From: an uncultured Dehalococcoidia bacterium
GTDB taxonomy: Bacteria; Chloroflexota; Dehalococcoidia; DSTF01; JALHUB01
Assembly: GCA_964609475.1 (NCBI GenBank)
Contig: CAZSRY010000001.1
Location: 1 to 41,997 of the forward strand
Direction: 5' to 3'
Length of the DNA stretch: 41,997 bases
The position numbers were made by a program, and so were the translations under genes. A model generated the notes under the pieces. That model searched no databases and was not told the DNA's origin. It saw nothing but the letters and a program-made list of their open reading frames with translations. Positions 34,805-41,997 of this stretch are shown piece by piece (the first letter of the stretch is position 1; every line of letters begins with the position of its first letter).

Positions 34805-34834
34805 ATTATTGACTAGCCGCGGGTCTAGTGTCAA
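34805..34834 (-). promoter_or_regulatory. sigma-70-like promoter for the lipoprotein gene
   Basis: Minus strand TTGACA (34834..34829) - 18 nt - AATAAT (34810..34805). Confidence 0.45.
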
Positions 34835-34969
34835 TCGGGAACACCCCGGCGCCCCGATCTCTGCGGCCGAGACCCCCTTTCTTGATAGGGTCCGTGGCAA
34901 CATTTGGCTGGTCAGCCATGTGTTTCCGATCCCGATAGGAAGAAGAGCGCGACAATCATTGCGCCTTGG

Positions 34970-35686
34970 CTAATCAAACCCCAGGCCCCGCTCCTTGAGA
35001 CTAACGTAGCGCCCGTGCCCGATGATCAGGTGGTCCAGCACCTCGATGTCTAGCAGTCGGCCCGCCTCCACCATCTTGCGGGTCATAGAGATGTCGTCGG
35101 TGGAGGGCGTCGGGTCGCCGGAGGGATGGTTGTGCACAATCACCACCGCCGGGCAGTTCTGACGCACGGCCTCCCGGAATAGCTCCCCCACTCGTACCAG
35201 AGAGCTGTTCACGCTTCCTCTGTATACCTCCGGAACACCGAGGACCTGATTCCTGGTATTCAGAAGCACTACCCGCAGATGCTCCTGCTCCAGGAGGCTC
35301 ATTTCGGTTAGTAGCAGGTTGGCCACGTCGGCGGGAGAACGCACCACGGCCCGCTCCTCCGGCTGGGTCGACGAGAGACGTTTTCCCAATTCCAGGGCCG
35401 CCTTGAGCTGGGCAGCCTTCGCCTCACCCAGTCCCCGTTCGCCACAGAGTTCGGCGAAGCTCGCCCGCGCTAGTCCCACCAGCCCCTCATATCGCGACAG
35501 GAGGCGCGATGCCACGGCTAGCACGCTCTCCCGGCTGGCGCCTGTCCTCAATATGATGGCCAGCAGTTCGGCATTGGAGAGGGCCGCCGGGCCGTAATCT
35601 CGCAGCCGCTCTCGGGGCCGCTCCCCGGCCGGCAAGTCTCGGATCAGGGTATAGTACTCCAAAGAAGCTGTCTCTTTCGTTACCAT
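34970..35686 (-). CDS. radC: RadC-like JAB domain protein (UPF0758)
   Basis: 238 aa: N-terminal HhH-like ([14 protein letters not shown]), JAMM motif [18 protein letters not shown]. Confidence 0.9.
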   Translation of the reverse strand: MVTKETASLEYYTLIRDLPAGERPRERLRDYGPAALSNAELLAIILRTGASRESVLAVASRLLSRYEGLVGLARASFAELCGERGLGEAKAAQLKAALELGKRLSSTQPEERAVVRSPADVANLLLTEMSLLEQEHLRVVLLNTRNQVLGVPEVYRGSVNSSLVRVGELFREAVRQNCPAVVIVHNHPSGDPTPSTDDISMTRKMVEAGRLLDIEVLDHLIIGHGRYVSLKERGLGFD

Positions 35687-35954
35687 AGTCGCTCCTCCTC
35701 GGAGTATGACAGCTCAGGGGGGAGCCGCAGGACTACGACTCTCCCCCTCCTCCGGCTGAGCCGGCTCCACCGTCACCACAGTGGCCGTATGGGAATAGTG
35801 GGTGACGGAAACTGCGTCGCCCTCTTCCAGAACGCTTGCCAGAGCCGCACCCCAGCCAGTCAGGATAGCGAGCAAGAGGGGGCGTAGATGAGGGCATCTC
35901 GAATGATGGAGGTCCTGGCCGAAGACCGTTGCCCCTCCAAGGCCTCCCCTGTCC

Positions 35955-36503
35955 TTATCTCGGTATGAGCAACGTTTGTCCAGGCTGGAGCAGCGGGTCT
36001 TCGAGGCTGAGACCGTTGCGCTCAGCTATTCGCCTGGCGAAATCCCCCAACGCCTCATCCGCAGGAAGGAACTGTTGGGCAATGCTGAACAGGGAATCCC
36101 CTGCCTCCACAGTGTACTCGATCACATCCGGCTCAGCAGCGGTGGCGGTGGCAGCAGGGGTAGCTCCTGGCGTGCCGACGACAGTAGCCTCCGCCGTCAG
36201 CGTCGCCATGGCGGGCATCGTCGGCGATAGGGTCTTCACAGAAACAGTGGGCGTTGCTGTCGGGGCAATGATACTGGGAACAGACTGACTGGCCTCCTCC
36301 GGCGGCTTCAGCAGGAGCCAAAGGGCGACCCCCGTTCCCACCAAAAGGGCCAGGAGGGAACCACGATAGAGCGTATACGAGGGCAAAGCGCTGGCAGGTC
36401 GGAGACACTCGGCGCATAGTTCGTCCCCGTGGTCGTCGCAGTACAGCCTACCGCAGCGCCTGCACTCGTGGGTGGCATCCTTTTCACAGGCGTAACACTT
36501 CAT
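35955..36503 (-). CDS. membrane-anchored LysM domain protein with N-terminal zinc ribbon
   Basis: 182 aa: MKCYACEKDATHECRRCGRLYCDDHGDELCAEC, one TM helix, Thr/Ala/Pro linker, LysM (YTVEAGDSLFSIAQQF...GQTLLIP). Confidence 0.75.
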   Translation of the reverse strand: MKCYACEKDATHECRRCGRLYCDDHGDELCAECLRPASALPSYTLYRGSLLALLVGTGVALWLLLKPPEEASQSVPSIIAPTATPTVSVKTLSPTMPAMATLTAEATVVGTPGATPAATATAAEPDVIEYTVEAGDSLFSIAQQFLPADEALGDFARRIAERNGLSLEDPLLQPGQTLLIPR

Positions 36504-36592
36504 GCAAGCGGTAATATAGCAGTTTTCGGCCTCTGTGGCTAGTCAGACAAGGGCAAGCCGTCACAGAGGCTATCTAAGCCGACAGGGCAGGG

Positions 36593-37042
36593 CTATTGGA
36601 GTTCAACCGTGGCACCAGCCGCCTTCAGCTTGGCCACAGCAGTCTCCGCCTCGTCCTTAGTCACGCCTTCCTTCACATTGGTGGGCGCGCTCTCCACCAA
36701 GTCCTTCGCCTCTTTCAACCCCAGCGTTGTAACCTCCCGCACGGCCTTGATGACGTTGATCTTGTTAGCCCCCATATCCTTGAGGACTACGGTCCACTCT
36801 GTCTTCTCCTCCTCCTCGGCAGCGGCCTCGGCGGCTCCTGCCGCTACGTCAGCAGCGGGAATGGCTGCCGGTGCAGCCGCTACAGCCACAGGAGCAGCAG
36901 CCGTTACTCCAAACTCCTCCTCGATGCGCTTGTTCAGATCCCGAACCTCGAGGATTGTCATCTCCTTGATCAACTCAAACGCCTGCTCCACGCGGTCGGC
37001 TGCCTTCTCCTTCGCCGCCGATTTCGTTGTCTTGGTCGCCAT
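36593..37042 (-). CDS. rplL: 50S ribosomal protein L7/L12
   Basis: 149 aa: [24 protein letters not shown], Ala-rich hinge, C-terminal [24 protein letters not shown]...[13 protein letters not shown]. Has a 16-aa Lys/Ala N-terminal extension and AGGAGGAGG SD. Confidence 0.93.
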   Translation of the reverse strand: MATKTTKSAAKEKAADRVEQAFELIKEMTILEVRDLNKRIEEEFGVTAAAPVAVAAAPAAIPAADVAAGAAEAAAEEEEKTEWTVVLKDMGANKINVIKAVREVTTLGLKEAKDLVESAPTNVKEGVTKDEAETAVAKLKAAGATVELQ

Positions 37043-37113
37043 ACGCGATACCTCCTCCTATTCCTAGAATAGAACTAGATGACCTTGTCGTGTGGCCCAA
37101 CGCCGTTCTGGAG

Positions 37114-37674
37114 CTAGGCCTCCTCCAACTGGTGCGCCCGGGCATCCAATAGGCCAGCAAGTTGAGCCAACCCTGAGTTCAGGAGCTGGCTCGTTGGATG
37201 GGCGATAGTCGACGCCAATAGCTGTGCCAGACGCCACAGCGGCGCTTGCAGGCTGCCTGCCAGATTGCCCACCAGCACTGGCCGTGACGGCAATGACGAT
37301 ATGTCGCTTAACTCACGAGCCGACAGCAGCCGTCCCTCCATGAAGGCCTGGCGAACAGCGAAGGCGTTCTTGGCCGACCGCACGTACCCCGTTATGACCT
37401 TGGCCGCCCCTATCGCATCGTCGTAGCCAAAGACGATCGCTGTAGGTCCCTCTGCCAGCTCACCGATCTCTGGCTTGCCCGCAGCATCGGCCGCCAGACG
37501 GAGCAGCCTGTTCTTGACCACCCGTACCTCTACGCCTCCAGCCTTAAGCTGACGGCGCAACTCATTTAGCTCTGTCACCCTAAGGCCCTGATACTCGGCG
37601 CCGATAGCGATGGTGCTACGGTTGATCTGCTCCTTGAGCTCCTCCACGATCTGCAGCTTCTTAGGCGCTGGCAT
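37114..37674 (-). CDS. rplJ: 50S ribosomal protein L10
   Basis: 186 aa; position between rplA and rplL; YQGLRVTELNELRRQL...VKN. Confidence 0.9.
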   Translation of the reverse strand: MPAPKKLQIVEELKEQINRSTIAIGAEYQGLRVTELNELRRQLKAGGVEVRVVKNRLLRLAADAAGKPEIGELAEGPTAIVFGYDDAIGAAKVITGYVRSAKNAFAVRQAFMEGRLLSARELSDISSLPSRPVLVGNLAGSLQAPLWRLAQLLASTIAHPTSQLLNSGLAQLAGLLDARAHQLEEA

Positions 37675-37890
37675 CCCTCTTCCCTTCCAGGGTGATCAAA
37701 AAGGCCCTTGCCACCGCAGACAAGGGCTCAAACGTCGCCGGCGTGGGCCTACGCCCAACCACCAACGGATGTTCTTCGCCTCGGCGGGCAATCGATTAAC
37801 CCCGATACATCGGGGACCCGCTGTCTGCGGCGCTCTTGATTAGTCTATAGCCAACGGACCGAAGCCGCAAGCCGCTCCGGCCCGCAACCC
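37675..37890 (-). promoter_or_regulatory. rplJ (L10) leader region
   Basis: 216-nt ORF-free leader between rplA and rplJ, as in L10-leader autoregulated operons. Contains the attenuator hairpin listed next. Confidence 0.45.
37695..37727 (-). terminator. attenuator-type intrinsic terminator in the L10 leader
   Basis: Minus strand GCCCUUG-UCUGCGGUGG-CAAGGGC followed by CUUUUUGAUC, ending about 20 nt before the rplJ start. Confidence 0.5.
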
Positions 37891-38604
37891 CTAGTTCGTG
37901 CTAAGGCTCAACGTGGAGCCCAGATCCAGCTTGATCCCGGGCCCCATCGTCGTGGTTAGGGTCACGCTCCTGATGAACTGCCCTTTGGCGCCGGCGGGCC
38001 GTGACTTGACCACTGCCTCCACTATGGCGGCCATATTCTCCAGCAGCTTCTCTTCCTCAAAGCCGATCTTGCCGATAGCAGTATGAATCAAGGCGCTGCG
38101 GTCGAGGCGGAATTCTACCCGTCCCTGACGAGCGTCGTTGACCGCCTTGGCCAGGTCCTGCCCCTCCAGAACTGTGCCGGAGCGAGGGTTGGGCATGAGG
38201 CCTCGCGGCCCGAGGATGCGCCCCAGTCGGCCCACCTTGCCCATCAACTCGCGCTGGGCCAGGGCCACGTCGAAGTCCGTCCAGCCGTCCTCGACCTTCT
38301 TGATCAGTTCATCGCCGCCGACGAAGTCGGCCCCCGCCTCCTGCGCTTGCTTGGCTGCCTCGCCCTCCGCGAACACCAGGGTTCGCACCGTCTTGCCCAG
38401 CCCATGCGGAAGGAGGACGGAGCCGCGAATCTGCTGATCGGCGTGACGGGTATCCAGACCTGTCCGCATGTGCAGCTCCACTGTCTCATCGAACTTAGCG
38501 AAGGCGGCCTTCTTGGCTAGCTGGATAGCCTCCTTGGGTGGATAGGTCCGCTGACGATCCACCAGGCCTGCCGCCTGCTGATAATTCTTCCCCTGTCTAA
38601 CCAT
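37891..38604 (-). CDS. rplA: 50S ribosomal protein L1
   Basis: 237 aa: [31 protein letters not shown]. The start overlaps the rplK stop (ATGGTTAG). Confidence 0.95.
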   Translation of the reverse strand: MVRQGKNYQQAAGLVDRQRTYPPKEAIQLAKKAAFAKFDETVELHMRTGLDTRHADQQIRGSVLLPHGLGKTVRTLVFAEGEAAKQAQEAGADFVGGDELIKKVEDGWTDFDVALAQRELMGKVGRLGRILGPRGLMPNPRSGTVLEGQDLAKAVNDARQGRVEFRLDRSALIHTAIGKIGFEEEKLLENMAAIVEAVVKSRPAGAKGQFIRSVTLTTTMGPGIKLDLGSTLSLSTN

Positions 38605-39055
38605 CGCTCACAGCATCCCCAACCGAAACCTGTTCCACTACCTCGATGCCCATGCTACGGGCTGTTCCCTCGACTATCCTCATTGCCGCCTCTATGTCCG
38701 GGGTATTCAGGTCCTTCATCTTGATCTCAGCGATCTCACGGATCTTGGACCTGGGAAGCTGGCCGACCTTTTCCCGTTTCTGGGCAGGGCTCCCCTTCTC
38801 GATTCCCAGAGCCCTCTTCAACAGATCGGACGCGGGCGGCGTCTTCAGGACGTAGACGAATGAACGGTCCTCATAGACCGTGATCTCCACAGGCACAATA
38901 GTACCGGCCTGGGAGCCGGTGCGTGCGTTATAGTCCTTGCAGAAGGCCATGATATTGACCCCGTGCTGACCCAAGGCGGGACCAACAGGCGGCGCCGGGT
39001 TGGCCTTACCAGCCTCGATCTGAAGCTTGATGATTGCCCGAATCTTCTTGGCCAA
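38597..39055 (-). CDS. rplK: 50S ribosomal protein L11
   Basis: 152 aa: [36 protein letters not shown]. Confidence 0.95.
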   Translation of the reverse strand: MAKKIRAIIKLQIEAGKANPAPPVGPALGQHGVNIMAFCKDYNARTGSQAGTIVPVEITVYEDRSFVYVLKTPPASDLLKRALGIEKGSPAQKREKVGQLPRSKIREIAEIKMKDLNTPDIEAAMRIVEGTARSMGIEVVEQVSVGDAVSDG

Positions 39056-39056
39056 G

Positions 39057-39692
39057 CTATAGCCTCTCCACCTGAAGGAAGTCCAACTCCACAGGCGTCT
39101 CCCTGCCGAAGAAGGAGACGAGCACCCTTACCCGGCCCTTCTCCAGATTGATCTCGTCCACCTGGCCCACGAAGTCCATGAAGGGGCCGTCGATGACGCG
39201 CACACTCTGACCCACTGAGAACCCTACCTTGACACGAGGCTCCTCCGCCCGCATCTGTCGCAGGATCTTCTTCACCTCCGCTACATCCAGCGAGGTGGGA
39301 CGAGTGCCCGAGCCCACGAAGCCGGTAACCCCCGGCGTATTGCGAACTACAAACCAGGCTCGGCTTGACTCCGGATCATCCTCACGCAGCTCGATCATCT
39401 GCACCAGCACGTAGCCAGGGAACACCTTCTTCTCCACGGTACGCCGCTGGCCATCGCGGATCTCAATCTCGTCCTCGGTAGGGATAACCACCTGGAAGAC
39501 GAGGTCCTTCGCATCCATAGACTCGACGCGGTGTTCCAGGTTGGCCTTCACCTTGTTCTCGTAGCCCGAGTAGGTATGGATCACGTACCAGACCCGCCCC
39601 TCCACGGAGATATCGGTCAGTTCCTCCTCGGGGGGCTGGCCCTCCTCTTGCGTCTCCTCCTCGGCAACCACGGCCTTTTTCTTTCTGGGCAC
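39057..39692 (-). CDS. nusG: transcription termination/antitermination factor NusG
   Basis: 211 aa: acidic ~25-aa N-terminal extension, NGN ([21 protein letters not shown]), KOW ([21 protein letters not shown]). GTG start. Confidence 0.93.
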   Translation of the reverse strand: MPRKKKAVVAEEETQEEGQPPEEELTDISVEGRVWYVIHTYSGYENKVKANLEHRVESMDAKDLVFQVVIPTEDEIEIRDGQRRTVEKKVFPGYVLVQMIELREDDPESSRAWFVVRNTPGVTGFVGSGTRPTSLDVAEVKKILRQMRAEEPRVKVGFSVGQSVRVIDGPFMDFVGQVDEINLEKGRVRVLVSFFGRETPVELDFLQVERL

Positions 39693-39712
39693 GGTCGTTC
39701 TCCCTAAGCCCC

Positions 39713-40018
39713 CTAACGCAAAAGGGTATTGCTGATAACCCAGTTGAAAAACATGTCGATACCGCCCAATAGAAGCCCCACGGCCACGGCCACCACCAAG
39801 ACCACGATGGTCAGGTTTACCGTCTCGTGCCGGGTGGGCCAGGTCACCTTTCTGAGCTCATTGATGATGTCCTCGATCCAGCGTGGCCTCAGTAGAGCGC
39901 GCCAGCCCCGGCGAGAGCGGGGCGATGGCGCCCGCTTGCCTGGCCGTTGCGGTCGTACGGGGCCGGCCCGTTTCTTGGACTTGCTAGTCAGGGGATGACG
40001 TCTGAGGGTGCGGCTCAT
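39713..40018 (-). CDS. secE: preprotein translocase subunit SecE
   Basis: 101 aa: ELRKVTWPTRHETVNLTIVVLVVAVAVGLLLGGID preceded by a ~50-aa Arg/Pro-rich N-terminal extension. The true start may be internal. Confidence 0.85.
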   Translation of the reverse strand: MSRTLRRHPLTSKSKKRAGPVRPQRPGKRAPSPRSRRGWRALLRPRWIEDIINELRKVTWPTRHETVNLTIVVLVVAVAVGLLLGGIDMFFNWVISNTLLR

Positions 40019-40081
40019 GATGGCGGATGTCTCTCCGCGTCCTGCGCCCTTCGTCCGGAGGATGCTACGAGCGCCAAAACC

Positions 40082-40246
40082 CTACCTCACCTCCCTATGC
40101 GGACGATGGGCGCGACAGCGCGGGCAATACTTACGCAACTCTAGGCGGTCGGGGTCATTCCTGCGGTTCTTGGTGGTAGTGTAGTTCCGCTCCCGACACT
40201 CAGTGCAGGCCAGGTCAACGATGATTCGCTCTTCCTTCTTAGCCAT
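40082..40246 (-). CDS. rpmG: 50S ribosomal protein L33
   Basis: Own translation (54 aa, below the track cutoff): [54 protein letters not shown]. Confidence 0.9.
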   Translation of the reverse strand: MAKKEERIIVDLACTECRERNYTTTKNRRNDPDRLELRKYCPRCRAHRPHREVR

Positions 40247-40292
40247 CCAATGTCTTTCCCTTCACCAGCCTGACCTGTCGGGCCCTGGGCTT

Positions 40293-41492
<1,200 letters not shown>

Positions 41493-41514
41493 GTCGTCAA
41501 TTCCTCCTGAATTG

Positions 41515-41590
41515 TGGAGCCCACACCCGGACTCGAACCGGGGACCCCGTTCTTACCAAGAACGTGCTCTACCTGCTGAGCTATGTGGGC
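41515..41590 (-). tRNA. tRNA-Thr (anticodon GGU)
   Basis: Minus strand GCCCACAUAGCUCAGCAGGUAGAGCACGUUCUUGGUAAGAACGGGGUCCCCGGUUCGAGUCCGGGUGUGGGCUCCA. Clean cloverleaf, anticodon loop UUGGUAA, encoded CCA. Confidence 0.92.
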
Positions 41591-41836
41591 ACCTGAACTG
41601 CTAATCAGCTGTGGGCCCTATCTCCTGTCTTCAGCCCCTTGCCGCTCTATTCTGACCCAGCGCATCGCCCCTTGGCAGCGCGCTTGTTACAGATATTGAT
41701 GTTGGCCCCTCACAGCCTAAAGCCAAACAGCTTGCGGGCCACCTACTCAAACATCAGCCCCTTCAGGGGCACCCCTGACCTCCCACGCCTCCTCGCCCTC
41801 GTCGGCCTCTCGGCCTCCCACCTGCAGCCTTGAGAA

Positions 41837-41923
41837 TGGTGGAGGGGGCAGGATTCGAACCTGCGAAGCCGTTAAGGCTGCGGTTTTACAGACCGCCGGT
41901 TTTAGCCACTCACCCACCCCTCC
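41837..41923 (-). tRNA. tRNA-Tyr (anticodon GUA), long variable arm
   Basis: Minus strand GGAGGGG...GCGGUCUGUAAAACCGC...GCAGGUUCGAAUCCUGCCCCCUCCACCA, 87 nt, type II. Confidence 0.9.
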
Positions 41924-41940
41924 ACATGCTTATCGAAGTC

Positions 41941-41997
41941 TGGAGCCCGAGGGGGGATTCGAACCCACCAACCTACCGATTACAAGTCGGTTGCGCT
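41941..41997 (-). tRNA. tRNA-Thr (anticodon UGU), 3' part only (5' end beyond window)
   Basis: Minus strand ...ACCGACUUGUAAUCGGU...GGUGGGUUCGAAUCCCCCCUCGGGCUCCA. One mismatch in the T stem. Confidence 0.75.

Noticed and set aside
35733-35900. Possible ~50-aa membrane-anchored ORF on the minus strand between the LysM gene and radC (LLLAILTGWGAALASVLEEGDAVSVTHYSHTATVVTVEPAQPEEGE...)
   Set aside because: No ATG or GTG start in frame; there is only an internal TTG without an SD. It cannot be supported from sequence alone.
41591-41836. Hidden tRNA-Gly between tRNA-Tyr and tRNA-Thr
   Set aside because: There is no GGTTCGAAT-type T-loop (or its complement) and no acceptor/T-arm pairing on either strand. 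Reported as an unexplained gap instead.

Overview
GC-rich (about 60% by eye) bacterial chromosomal segment, almost entirely core genes on both strands. A Cheo-type LexA box, a ycf45-like R3H ATPase, larBC and charged N-terminal extensions on translation and secretion proteins suggest Chloroflexota or a related Terrabacteria lineage; this is inference only. Gene order, left to right: (1) TPP-riboswitch-controlled thiD-thiC, with thiC running off the window; (2) M20 amidohydrolase, SAM methyltransferase, plsX; (3) a divergent csoR/trxA pair sharing one perfect CsoR-type palindrome; (4) tRNA-Sec, holA, lexA with promoter and SOS box, a PIG-L deacetylase, a hybrid histidine kinase; (5) a 700-bp ORF-poor spacer; (6) a FliA/WhiG-type sigma factor, a Gfo/Idh/MocA-like protein and an orphan csrA preceded by a perfect sigma-28-type -10 octamer; (7) at 15.0-17.8 kb, small or uncharacterised genes: a 99-aa ORF, a NarL-type response regulator, two small zinc-ribbon proteins and a DUF3870-like protein. 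One zinc-ribbon gene has a consensus promoter, a ~220-nt structured leader and its own terminator; (8) SDR, tmk, R3H/AAA ATPase, GNAT-like protein, pdxT/pdxS, usp plus two TrkA-type genes, pheA, fpg, HNH nuclease, cvpA, lon, PAP2, larB/larC, a lipoprotein, radC, a LysM protein; (9) the conserved rplL-rplJ-rplA-rplK-nusG-secE-rpmG-tuf block preceded by tRNA-Thr/Tyr/Thr. I found no transposase, integrase, phage, CRISPR, toxin-antitoxin or recognisable defence genes, and no convincing multi-gene novel system. The best leads are regulatory: the sigma-28-like/csrA module without flagellar genes, the riboswitch-like leader of the 69-aa zinc-ribbon gene, CsoR-controlled thioredoxin, and tRNA-Sec with a long ORF-free leader. 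All calls come from reading the sequence and remembered family signatures; no searches were run.
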